DNA of 64,000 bases from Candidatus Sungiibacteriota bacterium (GCA_016201505.1 JACQCQ010000013.1:5285-69284), one strand, 5' to 3'. Shown: positions 9,861 through 19,261, counted from the first letter of the stretch. The notes: generated by a model from the letters alone, not told the origin. A program made the numbers and translations.

Positions 9861-11309
9861 TTAGCGAATAAAGAAAATAAGTCCGGTATTGAGACTCGGC
9901 TTTAGAGCTTCATATTGGTTTGGTAGAAGATAATGGAAATGGCGGCGGGCTTGGTCGACCGGTAAAAAGGTGTCGGTGATAAACATCACAGTTTGGGCAG
10001 GCATAGGGATGCCGCGAACCTCAACTCCCCTGGCTTGGACGACGATATATTTGTCTACATTATCCGGAAGCGAATCTAATTGACGCCCCAGTGCCACGTA
10101 ATCGGCGGCATAGGCGTCGGCTACCTCGGGGCGGCTGGCCCAATCAAGAAAATAGGATTTGAAGGTGTAGGCCGAAATGCCCAGCAAAATCAAAACTGAA
10201 ACGATGGCCAGATGACGGGCCGTCAGGCGCAGTTTTATATATTCACAGAGCCACAAGGCACCCGAGGCCGCAAATCCAAAGGCTGGCGGGATCAATAAAA
10301 TTGAGCGCAGTGCGTGTGGCAGGCCTTCGTTGGAAATGACAACCGGCAGCAGCGCCAGCAAAAACATCAGAGTCATCGTCCAGCCAAAAATATTTCTTCG
10401 TTTTACGGCAATACCGATGCCAAGCAAAAATAAAAGTCCGACCGGCCAGAAGAGTTCGGGCCGACCGGAATAATTATGCCGCCAGTTTCCGTCGCCGCGG
10501 ACATTAAACATACCGAGCGTCAGGACAATATTTTTAGCCAAGTCACGCGCAGGAGTTGGCGAATGGAAAATCGAGACCTGGGTCGTGCGGCCCAAGAAAT
10601 CGGCCGGATGCGTGCCGAAGTAATATAAGAGCGGGATAGCCACGATAAGGGCCGAAAGATAAAGGCCAAAGGCCAAATGCCAGAAGCCGCGCCGGCGCCA
10701 AAAATACGGCACAAAAACAAGAAACAAAAACGGCATGATACGGAAAGCAATATAGGTGTAGGCGCCAAGCCCAAGCATCAGGCCGGCCGCTAGACTATAA
10801 CGGAATGAATTTTTACGCAGCGAGACCAGAAAGAAATAAAGCGCGAAGATAAGAAACAGCGGCGCCATAATCGCGCGGAATCCCAGCCGCGAGAAAGTAA
10901 TGTGCCAATAACTGACCGCCAGAAAAAACGAGCCGGAGAAAGCTAAAATCAGTGGAGATTTTAATTTAGCCGAGCCGCCTAATTCAAGCAGCAAAAAGAA
11001 AAATCCTAAAACGGTCAGGACGCCAAAAATCGGGCTGGGCAGGCGCAGTGCCCAAGGCTCGCTGAGGCCAGTCACCATAAGCGAGAGGGCCTGTAGATTC
11101 ATCATCAACCCTTCGCGTCCGTTATTTTCCGGATAAAAAACTTTAAACCCGCCGGCTAGCGGACCAGTCTTGATGGCCTCCAGCGCATTGTTCCCATTCA
11201 TCGCCTCATCGGGGTAAAGGCCGGGGGGCGTCGATTCAAAATGATAAAAACGAAAAAAGATCGCAACCAGCACCACCAGAACCAGCGCCCAAAATTCAAT
11301 TCGCTTCAT
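9861..11309 (-). CDS. GT-C fold membrane glycosyltransferase (ArnT/PMT, family 39-like)
   Basis: PPGLYPDEA loop after the first TM, about 11 TM helices. Confidence 0.85.
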   Translation of the reverse strand: MKRIEFWALVLVVLVAIFFRFYHFESTPPGLYPDEAMNGNNALEAIKTGPLAGGFKVFYPENNGREGLMMNLQALSLMVTGLSEPWALRLPSPIFGVLTVLGFFFLLLELGGSAKLKSPLILAFSGSFFLAVSYWHITFSRLGFRAIMAPLFLIFALYFFLVSLRKNSFRYSLAAGLMLGLGAYTYIAFRIMPFLFLVFVPYFWRRRGFWHLAFGLYLSALIVAIPLLYYFGTHPADFLGRTTQVSIFHSPTPARDLAKNIVLTLGMFNVRGDGNWRHNYSGRPELFWPVGLLFLLGIGIAVKRRNIFGWTMTLMFLLALLPVVISNEGLPHALRSILLIPPAFGFAASGALWLCEYIKLRLTARHLAIVSVLILLGISAYTFKSYFLDWASRPEVADAYAADYVALGRQLDSLPDNVDKYIVVQARGVEVRGIPMPAQTVMFITDTFLPVDQARRHFHYLLPNQYEALKPSLNTGLIFFIR

Positions 11310-11358
11310 TGTATGGTATGCATTGTATGCCGACGGGCGTCGACAAAAAAGGGTCGGG

Positions 11359-11568
11359 CTAGAGCCCCTGAAGATTCTGCGCGCTATAGACGTTTAAAAA
11401 TTGCGGAATAGCCACAATCAGCCCGATCGCCGGCAAGACAATAACGAGCAACGAAATAACGAGCGTCCAAAGAAAATAACGCCGCATCTTTTCGACTGAT
11501 TTCGTCATGATCGCAATTTGATTTGACTGCTCTTCTAATTTTCTTAATATTTCTTGTTCCATAAGCAA
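11359..11568 (-). CDS. Small membrane protein
   Basis: Coiled-coil followed by one TM helix. Confidence 0.6.
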   Translation of the reverse strand: MLMEQEILRKLEEQSNQIAIMTKSVEKMRRYFLWTLVISLLVIVLPAIGLIVAIPQFLNVYSAQNLQGL

Positions 11569-11640
11569 ATTATACCAGGTACAATGTTTTCTGAATATTG
11601 CCCAAAAGCCAAAACAGGAATATAAATAATTGGGTAAGGA

Positions 11641-12668
11641 ATGAGATTATTCAAACAGTATGGTTGGCTGACGCTCGTAGCCCTGCTCCTCGTTGGGGGA
11701 AGTTTTTGGGCGGGCTTGGAATACCGCCACGCGTATCCGTCGATCAACCATCATACCGGACCCATTCGACTGGCCCAGAATGAGTATCCGCTGATTAACC
11801 CGCTGATTGCCTGCGAGGTTTCTGATCACCGGGTCACCGGGGGCTTATTGAATTCAGCGCGCTCAAGGATGATACTAGTGTCTTCATAAAAAATGCGATC
11901 TCAGTAAACAAAGCGGACGATATTTCGCTCTACTTCAGGGACTTAAATTCCGGCTCCTGGGTCGGCGAAAACGAAAACGATACCTATAACCCCGCCAGCC
12001 TTTTAAAAGTGGCCACATTAATCAGCGTCTTAAAAGTTGCCGAGGCGGATGCGGGAATTTTGAATCGCCAATTAACCTACGATGGAAGTTTTGATGAAAA
12101 TAAGACTGAAAACATCAAGCCGCAAAAAAGCCTTGAGCCGGGGGTAACCTATAGTGTGGATGAACTGCTCACCTATCTGATCGCCTACTCGGACAACAAT
12201 GCGTGCCATTTAATCCACGAGGTATTGGACGACAAAGTCCTGCTTGAGGTCTATTCTGATCTTGGTCTGCCCGTCCCTCCGCAATCAGCCAATGGGCTCA
12301 CGGTTGACTACATGTCGGCTAAGTCATACTCGTTCATGTTTCGCGTGCTATTCTCCAGCACCTATCTTTCCCGAGCTATGTCAGAAAAAGCGCTCGAGCT
12401 CTTGACGACACCTGATTTCCCTCAAGGCATTGAGGCCGGCGTGCCAAAAAACATAACGACCGCGCAGAAATTCGGCGAACGCGGGGTCGTCTCCCCGACC
12501 GGCCAATTGCTTTCGGCCGAACTGCATGACTGCGGTATTATCTATTATCCGAGCCATCCCTATCTTCTTTGTATTATGACGAAAGGAGCTAAATTTGATG
12601 ATTTAACGCGCCTAATCCGCGATCTTTCAACGCTAGTCTATCATGATATAGATTCAAAATATAAATGA
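11641..12668 (+). pseudogene. Class A beta-lactamase-like serine hydrolase, frameshifted
   Basis: PASLLK (SxxK), SDN and QKFG motifs; two ORF halves join in frame if one copy of the 8-bp duplication TCACCGGG (11826-11841) is removed. Confidence 0.85.
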
Positions 12669-12670
12669 TC

Positions 12671-12702
12671 AATCAAAAAGCCGCGTACGCGGCTTTTTGA
12701 TT
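12671..12702. terminator. Bidirectional intrinsic terminator
   Basis: Perfect palindrome aatcaaaaagccgcgtacgcggctttttgatt just after the stop codon. Confidence 0.75.
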
Positions 12703-12767
12703 GGATCTCTCGGCTGGCGCGTCCGCTAAAAATAAGAAATAGAAGAGGCCTCCACCGAGCGGAGGCC

Positions 12768-13187
12768 TCATGGGAGGGTCATACAGCAACTTGGTACCGG
12801 AACGAACGCGCCCGGCGCCTGGCAAATCAGGAAGAAACTAAAATGCCGACTCGGCCGCGCGTAGCGCCAGGGGAGCTCGTACCACACAACCACAGCATCC
12901 GCAGGCGCTTTTAGTTCAGCCAGCATATGACGAATCGCCTTATGCTTCAGGCAACCGACATGCTCGATAGCGACTACGCGCGAACCTTGCGGGACATTCT
13001 TCACCGTGAAGCGATGAGGAGCGCTTGACGACGAGCTGCCATCAGCCGCAAGATGCCCTGCGTCCACAACAAACGAATAATCACTCGCACGCTGATAGCC
13101 GAGAGTCCGCCGTGCCAGTGGCTGCAATCGGATGACTTCGCTCTCGTCTCTCACCACCAGTTTCTCGGCTCGGCGATAGGGGCTCAT
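12768..13187 (-). CDS. Hypothetical protein (GC-rich orphan)
   Basis: AAGGAGGAGAGGGAG SD, TATACT -10 upstream, hairpin plus U-tract downstream (12741-12768). Confidence 0.55.
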   Translation of the reverse strand: MSPYRRAEKLVVRDESEVIRLQPLARRTLGYQRASDYSFVVDAGHLAADGSSSSSAPHRFTVKNVPQGSRVVAIEHVGCLKHKAIRHMLAELKAPADAVVVWYELPWRYARPSRHFSFFLICQAPGAFVPVPSCCMTLP

Positions 13188-13304
13188 CTCCCTCTCCTCC
13201 TTAATTACGAAGTATAGAATGCCAGAAAATAAAAGACCATCACAAAAAATTTGGGAATATCAATTCGGCCGCCGCGAATACGCGGCGGCCCGAGTGCGAG
13301 ACCC

Positions 13305-13562
13305 TCATCCCCGGGAGAGCACTTCCTCCATTTCGCGATAGCACTCAAGCGCGAATTCACGAACGGTCGGAGCCTTATAGCGTACCGTCCTCGGAACACC
13401 GCGTCCGGGAAGGGCGCGCCAGACGCGTTCGATAGTCTTGACACCCGGAGAATCGGCTCGAATCATCGTTGCCGATGAAATGCCGCTCGGACTGACTCCC
13501 CTTTCTTCGGCCAGGACCCGGCGGATGACAGAGACAATACGCGCTATGGCTTGGCTTTGCAT
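13305..13562 (-). CDS. Hypothetical small protein (acyl-carrier-like start SGISSATMIRAD is only suggestive)
   Basis: AAGGAG SD; GC hairpin ggccgccgcg..cgcggcggcc downstream. Confidence 0.5.
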   Translation of the reverse strand: MQSQAIARIVSVIRRVLAEERGVSPSGISSATMIRADSPGVKTIERVWRALPGRGVPRTVRYKAPTVREFALECYREMEEVLSRG

Positions 13563-13690
13563 CGCGTCTCCTTTTTCGTTTCTGACTTATGTAACGCCAG
13601 CCAAATAAAAAAGTTTCCAGAGCGATTCCGGCGAAAAAAAGAAACGCCGCGGCCGCGTCATATGCGGCCGCGGCCTGAAAGCCCCGCCTG

Positions 13691-13969
13691 TTAGCCTCCT
13701 TCCCGAGGCTTTTTTGACTTCCGATAACGGTTGAGATAATCCCCGTGAAGAACTGCGCACCAGGCGCGATTGGAATCGCCGCCTGCTTCCGAACTGCCGG
13801 AAAGAAAGGCTTCCGAATCGACTGCGCCGTCATCGGCGCCCTCACGCGGGGGCTGATGTGCCTCGCACCACCTCGTGTCAAGGATCTCACTGAAAGGATC
13901 TGCATCCGGTTCGCAGCCCGGGCAGTAGGCGCGAACAAATGTTGCGACTGGCGGTGGAAACACGGACAT
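13691..13969 (-). CDS. Small Cys/His-containing protein, possible zinc binder
   Basis: AGGAGG SD; CPGC, WCEAH and WCAVLH motifs; hairpin terminator at ~13646-13675. Confidence 0.55.
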   Translation of the reverse strand: MSVFPPPVATFVRAYCPGCEPDADPFSEILDTRWCEAHQPPREGADDGAVDSEAFLSGSSEAGGDSNRAWCAVLHGDYLNRYRKSKKPREGG

Positions 13970-14071
13970 GGGTTCCTCCTTTCAGTCTGGTCTCAAATAC
14001 TGCTCGGACTCATCTACCTTTGAGACTATCGAACATTGGCTCCAGACGCAATGTGCCTTTCTCTCATAAAA

Positions 14072-14236
14072 TCAATTTGAAATTTTAAACGCCAGCCAGA
14101 CGCCGAGAATTGTCCCCACGGCACTTCCAAGAGTTCCGGAGAAAGAAAATATACCGGCGCCCCACAATTCGGGAATAAAACCACCGATCATCGAGCCCAC
14201 AAACAAACCGATCCAAATCAACGATTTCCGACTCAT
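14072..14236 (-). CDS. Small 2-TM Gly-rich membrane protein
   Basis: MSRKSLIWIGLFVGSMIGGFIP.LWGAG.FS.SG..GSAVG; ATG 14236 preferred. Confidence 0.7.
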   Translation of the reverse strand: MSRKSLIWIGLFVGSMIGGFIPELWGAGIFSFSGTLGSAVGTILGVWLAFKISN

Positions 14237-14263
14237 ATCACTAGTATAGGCCATATCCAAATC

Positions 14264-14300
14264 AAAAAACCGCTCCGACGAATGCCGAGAGCGGTTTTTT
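14264..14300 (-). terminator. Intrinsic terminator downstream of the cold-shock gene
   Basis: aaaaaaccgctc...gagcggtttttt. Confidence 0.7.
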
Positions 14301-14305
14301 GTAAT

Positions 14306-14506
14306 TTAGGCTTTCGAGACGTTGACGGCATTCGGCCCCTTGGGGCTGTCCTGCACTTCAAACGTTACGCGATCGCCTTCCTGAAGTTCATCAAAGGTTA
14401 CTCCCTTTAATTCCTTCGAGTGGAAAAAGAGATCTTTTTCCTGCCCTTCAACCTTGATGAAGCCGAAGCCTCGATCAGTCTTGCGGGCGACAGTTCCTTC
14501 TTGCAT
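14306..14506 (-). CDS. Cold-shock protein (CSD)
   Basis: RGFGFI (RNP1), DLFFH (RNP2), KGPNAVNV; ATG at 14506. Confidence 0.95.
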   Translation of the reverse strand: MQEGTVARKTDRGFGFIKVEGQEKDLFFHSKELKGVTFDELQEGDRVTFEVQDSPKGPNAVNVSKA

Positions 14507-14656
14507 GTAACAAAAGAAATATTCGCTTAGTAATGTATCAGTCAGTACCCTGATCTGAAGCCTCGAACATTGGCTCATTTCAGCACTTGATGTGATTTCG
14601 CAACAATATCATACATATTTTTCGTTGTCAATAGATTCATTTTAGCCCTAACAAGG

Positions 14657-15229
14657 CTACTTTCCCACAAGCTTCATCATCTCGCGAATGAAGGCCGCGA
14701 TGTCCATCGGCCAGCGCGAGGTAACTAAATTCCCGTCCACGACCACGTCCTTATCTTCCCAGATGCCGCCGGCTTTTTTAATGTCCTCCGGCACGCCGTC
14801 CCCCCAAAATGAGGCGAGTCGCCTCCCCTTAACCAGGCCAGCCGAAACCAAAAGCCAGGGTCCGTGACAAATCGCAGCCACCGGTTTGTTGCGCGCAAAA
14901 AATGATTTGGCGATGGCCTGCGCTTTTTTTGAATTCTGCACAACCGTTGGCGCCCCGCCCGGCCGGCCACCCGGAATCAAAAGTAAATCGTATTCATCGG
15001 GATTTATTTCATCAATGGTTTTATTCGCCGCGATATAGTACCAGCCGCTTTCGCCGGTGATTTTCCCTTTTTTGGGTGCGGCGATGTCGACGCGCCAGCC
15101 TGCGGCGATTAAACAAAAGACCGGGACGTACAATTCCATATCCTCGAATTTATCGGCGCTTAAAACAAGGGCTTGCTTCGCTCCTTCGCGCGCATCTTGC
15201 GGTATCACTCCATATTCCGGTTCGGGCAT
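14657..15229 (-). CDS. PfpI/DJ-1 family type 1 glutamine amidotransferase-like protein
   Basis: FEDMEL, LLIPGG, AAICHGP, VVVDGNLVTSR. Confidence 0.93.
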   Translation of the reverse strand: MPEPEYGVIPQDAREGAKQALVLSADKFEDMELYVPVFCLIAAGWRVDIAAPKKGKITGESGWYYIAANKTIDEINPDEYDLLLIPGGRPGGAPTVVQNSKKAQAIAKSFFARNKPVAAICHGPWLLVSAGLVKGRRLASFWGDGVPEDIKKAGGIWEDKDVVVDGNLVTSRWPMDIAAFIREMMKLVGK

Positions 15230-15336
15230 ACTGTTTCCACATTATACACGAAGCCTCGCATCCCAACCAAAAAAGAAACCGCCCCGTGCCATTTGTAGCA
15301 CACGGGGCGGAGAAACCCTTCTGGCTGCGGGTATCA

Positions 15337-16086
15337 TCACCACACAGCCAGCCGAGCAGTGATCCGTAGCAGCCGCAGGGACGCGAGGACCTTGATCACC
15401 GGCCATGACGGATCGACCTCACCGCGCCGTACGGCAAATCGCGGTGAACGCTGATGCGCGTGATGATTGTTGTGCAGACTCTCGCCGGCGGTAAACCAGG
15501 CGAGGAGTTTTGAGTTCGTCGCCGTCTGGTCCAGGTAATTCCGTGCGCCGTTGCGCCGATGGCCGACGGCATTGATCAGTGGCGCCACGACAAAGACGTA
15601 GAGCACCCCATGCAGAAACGCGATGGAAATGGCCGGCCAGAGGCCGAAGATCCAGCAAAGGCCGAGGGTGCCGAGCACCGGCCCAGCCAGATCAAACAGA
15701 GAACCGACTATCGGTTTTGCCAGCAGCCGATCCCACCAGTCGACCCGCATTCCCTTGGTGTACTTTGCGATAGTCTCGTGATTTCGCGCCTCGCGGATGT
15801 AGTAGTAAACATTCCACAACTGCACGCGCCAGAATCCGAGGAGCAGCGGACTATGCGGATCGCCGGGCACATCGGTGAATGCGTGGTGCTTCCGATGCAC
15901 AGCAACCCACTCACGCCGATCCTGCCCCGTGGTGACCCACAGAATGACCCGAAATACGGCGCTCATGAATCGGCCGACTTTGAGCGAACCGTGCGTCAGA
16001 CCGCGATGCAGATAGATCGACGTTGTGAAGGTTGCAATCGTAGTGATCGAGAGTGCAACCAGGATTACGACAAGCGCCGTAGCCAT
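15337..16086 (-). CDS. Membrane fatty-acid (acyl-CoA delta-9-type) desaturase
   Basis: Three His boxes HRGLTH, HRKHH and HNNHH; DPHSP motif. Confidence 0.92.
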   Translation of the reverse strand: MATALVVILVALSITTIATFTTSIYLHRGLTHGSLKVGRFMSAVFRVILWVTTGQDRREWVAVHRKHHAFTDVPGDPHSPLLLGFWRVQLWNVYYYIREARNHETIAKYTKGMRVDWWDRLLAKPIVGSLFDLAGPVLGTLGLCWIFGLWPAISIAFLHGVLYVFVVAPLINAVGHRRNGARNYLDQTATNSKLLAWFTAGESLHNNHHAHQRSPRFAVRRGEVDPSWPVIKVLASLRLLRITARLAVW

Positions 16087-16227
16087 GTGCCACCCCTCCC
16101 TCCAGCGAACTTCGTTTTGAAAAAGAACTGCGACTTCTATTTAGTATAGCACTGAAATGAAGATTCTTTTTTAAGACACTGTTTTTGATATTTTTCTCGT
16201 GTCTTTCTGTATAATTGATGAAGTCAA

Positions 16228-16263
16228 ACTACCTATAACGTACTACAGTACGTTATAGGTAGT
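16228..16263. repeat. 16-bp-stem perfect hairpin
   Basis: actacctataacgtac-taca-gtacgttataggtagt. Confidence 0.75.
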
Positions 16264-16350
16264 ACGGACCTATGTATTACGGAATTTCTTTCCTCGTGTT
16301 TAGTTGCATCACATATAATAAGAAGGGGCGCCGCAGACTCGAGCGGCGCC

Positions 16351-16728
16351 CTAGGGGGACGCTCTCCCCTTCTTGATGAGGTGGAGGACGACGCCCTGGA
16401 TATCTTGCTTGTGCCGCAAGGTCTCGTAGACCAGCACTGTGCCCAAGAAAAGCGCCCCAACCTTGATGAGCCTCTTCAAGGTAATGGGCTGGTGATCATC
16501 GCGCTCCGGTTCGTAGACCTCCATACCGTCGAGCAGACCGGCTCGCTGCAACTCGGTGATACTGTCCCCGAACCTTCCCATCTCTGTGCGACTGTTGAGA
16601 ATGTTATTTTTATCTCGGCAGAGATCACAGTAGAGCGAAAAACCGCCATGCTTGCAGGCCGCATAGGCTTCAAATGCCCTGCGCGCTTTGCGGAGACGAT
16701 CCGGATCATGAGCTTCCACGGTCTTCAC
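16351..16728 (-). CDS. Hypothetical protein with C-terminal TM segment
   Basis: AAGGAGG SD; CxH...CxxC; GC hairpin at the stop. Confidence 0.55.
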   Translation of the reverse strand: MKTVEAHDPDRLRKARRAFEAYAACKHGGFSLYCDLCRDKNNILNSRTEMGRFGDSITELQRAGLLDGMEVYEPERDDHQPITLKRLIKVGALFLGTVLVYETLRHKQDIQGVVLHLIKKGRASP

Positions 16729-16860
16729 CTCCTTAAAGAACGTATCTGATTGGTGCTTTATTGTATACCTCTAATAAAAATTAGCCAGTTGTTGAAGCTT
16801 TACGTGGCGGAGGAGGTTACTGTGTCCGTCCAAAGCCTTGGCGAAGGAGGAAAACCTATG

Positions 16861-16935
16861 CCGAGGAAGCGCTTTGGCTGGAGGACGCCATTAGAAGTTT
16901 TTGCCGACAGTGTTGCACTTACTTGTTGAACCTAA
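16861..16935 (+). mobile_element. IS30-family remnant (transposase C-terminus and right end)
   Basis: Reads PRKRFGWRTPLEVFADSVALTC*, the typical IS30 C-terminal RPRKxLGwkTPxE...VAL motif. Confidence 0.7.
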
Positions 16936-17036
16936 TCCTTTGAGAGACAAAACGAGTATATTTACATACCAGATTCAATAACTTGCTCAAACGCATAAAT
17001 TTTTATCTCACCTCGCTACTCACTATTGTTTGGAAA

Positions 17037-17066
17037 CAAAAAGCTCCCATCATGGGAGCTTTTTTG
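17037..17066 (-). terminator. Intrinsic terminator
   Basis: caaaaagctccc-atcat-gggagctttttt. Confidence 0.7.
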
Positions 17067-17087
17067 CGGAAGTAGCAAGCAAGAGGC

Positions 17088-17630
17088 TTAGGGATTTAAG
17101 CCGACCTCTATCGGAAGCCCGGTTATAGTATCTACCATTTCTGTTACTCCACCGTCATTGCTCAAGAATACCTTACCGCTATCTTCGGCCAGGGTTACAT
17201 CATCAACTGGCGTGAAGTCAGCTTCACATAAGTTATTTGTTTCTGCAGACAAGTCGAATGCAACATTCCAAAGATATCCTGTATTTTTACCAGGTTTATT
17301 TAACCTTGGATTATAAGCATCAACCTCTTTGTTGGTGTTTACGACAGCTTTCTTATCAACAGTGATAGTTTTTGTACCTTTTTTAGTTATAATGTCCTTT
17401 TGACAGGTTTGCTCGTATTTGGCTTGAGCGTGGAGAAATACCCTCGCTCCATTTTTGTAGGTACCTTTGCCAACAAACCCATTAGCGAATCCATTGCTAT
17501 CTGGTGCGGCTAAGCTGGAAGCATAAACTAAGAGGTCATTTTGAACTGCAGCAAAGACCGCAGTTGTCGTGAGAGCCAAAACCATAGCTGTGATTCCTAA
17601 ACTAGCAGGTATTTTTTGTAATTTTTTCAT
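17088..17630 (-). CDS. Hypothetical secreted protein (low GC)
   Basis: Signal peptide ending AVFA; AT-rich relative to its neighbours. Confidence 0.65.
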   Translation of the reverse strand: MKKLQKIPASLGITAMVLALTTTAVFAAVQNDLLVYASSLAAPDSNGFANGFVGKGTYKNGARVFLHAQAKYEQTCQKDIITKKGTKTITVDKKAVVNTNKEVDAYNPRLNKPGKNTGYLWNVAFDLSAETNNLCEADFTPVDDVTLAEDSGKVFLSNDGGVTEMVDTITGLPIEVGLNP

Positions 17631-17855
17631 GATATTTTTCCCAATATTAATGTTTTAGCAAGCTCGACCTTATTATTGGAAGACTATCCAAACTCACTTA
17701 AATTATTAGTAAGAAATATAGCATAAACAATTATTAAGTCAATTTTTTTACCGCACTTTTTCTACCACGCTCCGCCACTCACTATTATTTTCGGAAGGTT
17801 CTAATCCCGCAATGGGTCACGAAAATAACCCCTATAAAATCAGGCTATTTTAAGT

Positions 17856-18157
17856 GCTCCATACCCTGAACGAAATCCGAACGCATTTTCGGGAAACCCC
17901 CGACGAATGAAGCCGCCCCGCCGCCGCTCGCTACCACTCGCCGCACCACAGAAAAATACTCTTTGCTCTTTTCGTTTTGCGCGCGCCCGATTTTTTCTTC
18001 TCTTAATGAAAAGAGTATTTTTCTGTGGTGCATTGCTTTGACAAGCAAGGCGGCGGGGCTGGCCTCTATTTTTTGCAAGAACACGGCGGAATTCCCCCCA
18101 CACCCCCCTTCCGCCGTGTTCTTGCGGGGACGGACGGAATTTTTGGCGGCGGCTAAT
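17856..18157 (+). repeat. Left arm of the long inverted repeat (pairs with 22008-22202)
   Basis: 17856-17925 is the exact reverse complement of 22133-22202, and 18043-18157 of 22008-22122; a ~107-bp extra hairpin is present only in this copy. Confidence 0.95.
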
Positions 18158-18163
18158 CAAGTA

Positions 18164-19222
18164 TTAAGATTGCTTAAAATACTCATTCAACTGATTGACA
18201 AATTCCTTTGTGTCTAAAAAATAATTTGGGTATGCTTTCCTTAACTCTTTTGCTGTGTCTGCAGATACAAGCACTATATCCCTATCTTCTTTATTTTTTA
18301 ACATCCTCTCTTCAAGCTTTGAGTATTCTGAGTTTGCAAATTCTTCTTGAGATTTTTTAAAAGCTGAAATTTTCAATTCTCTTGTTGTGAGGTCTAGGTT
18401 TAGAAGATAGAAATCAAATTTATCTTTAGCCTCTTTCTCAAAGTTCTCGATTATTTTATGAATTCTCGCCCACTCGTTCATTTTTTTAACAACTTTTAAT
18501 TGTCTCGCCAATGCCTGGACTTGTTCTCGTAACTCGGCTTTATCGGTGGGTGTATTCGGCACCGAGGGCGTGTTTTCCATATTCGCAAATGCAGAGCTAA
18601 CCAATCTGAAGAAATCCATCCACTCTTTTTGACCTTCGTTTGATTTAATTGCTTGTCTAGTAAAATGGTCAACTGTTTCAACGGCTGTAGCCCAATAGTG
18701 CTGTAAATATGTTCTTATTTGTATTTCAATTAGTAGTCCATCATATGCATTACTTTTATCGCTGTAATATTTATAAACAAAATGGAAACTTCTATATCCG
18801 TCAGGTTTTGGATTCGTTATATAATCTTTCTTATTTGATAATTTATGTTTCAGGCCCCTGCTTTTTTCGTAAAGTCCAACAAGTTCATTAACTTTCTGAA
18901 GGTTTGGCAAAACCGATCTGCAGCCGCCAACATCTTGCATTCTTGACATCTTCATTTTGCTAGTCTGATCACGCTTGAGCTTCTTAATTATTGATGAGAC
19001 GCGCTTGAGCCGCCGCGTAACTATTGCCGATGAATCAACTCGTTTTGAAATTCGTTTTAGTCTCACGGCAAACGTATGCAGTGGAAAACTATGAGATGAA
19101 CGCCAATTAGTCAAGATATCGAGAGCATTGCTTATTTCTTCGGACGAGCTACTCGAAGAAATAAGCACATCTCCCGCTTTATTTACCTGATTCTTCGAAA
19201 AATTTAATTTGGTCCATCCCAT
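18164..19222 (-). CDS. RelA/SpoT synthetase-domain protein, fused-CapRel-like toxSAS
   Basis: RRLKR, QDVGGCR, KPDGYRSFH, IEIQIRT..QHYWATAVE; C-terminal VLVS...LRKAYPNYF.D (YxxY). Confidence 0.82.
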   Translation of the reverse strand: MGWTKLNFSKNQVNKAGDVLISSSSSSEEISNALDILTNWRSSHSFPLHTFAVRLKRISKRVDSSAIVTRRLKRVSSIIKKLKRDQTSKMKMSRMQDVGGCRSVLPNLQKVNELVGLYEKSRGLKHKLSNKKDYITNPKPDGYRSFHFVYKYYSDKSNAYDGLLIEIQIRTYLQHYWATAVETVDHFTRQAIKSNEGQKEWMDFFRLVSSAFANMENTPSVPNTPTDKAELREQVQALARQLKVVKKMNEWARIHKIIENFEKEAKDKFDFYLLNLDLTTRELKISAFKKSQEEFANSEYSKLEERMLKNKEDRDIVLVSADTAKELRKAYPNYFLDTKEFVNQLNEYFKQS

Positions 19223-19261
19223 AACATTACTTTATTTTCCAGTTTTAATTCGGTTAGCTTT

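Noticed and set aside
13375-13938. 187-aa ORF on the minus strand
   Set aside because: It overlaps two shorter ORFs that have clear SDs and spans the terminator hairpin between them.
17796-17810. tRNA fragment (GGTTCTAATCCC resembles a T arm)
   Set aside because: No acceptor or anticodon stems, and it does not match the tRNA-Asn sequence.
17840-18217. ORFs 17840-18160, 17845-18084, 17963-18217 and their mirrors at 21892-22438
   Set aside because: They are translations of the GC-rich inverted-repeat arms in several frames and have no protein-like features.
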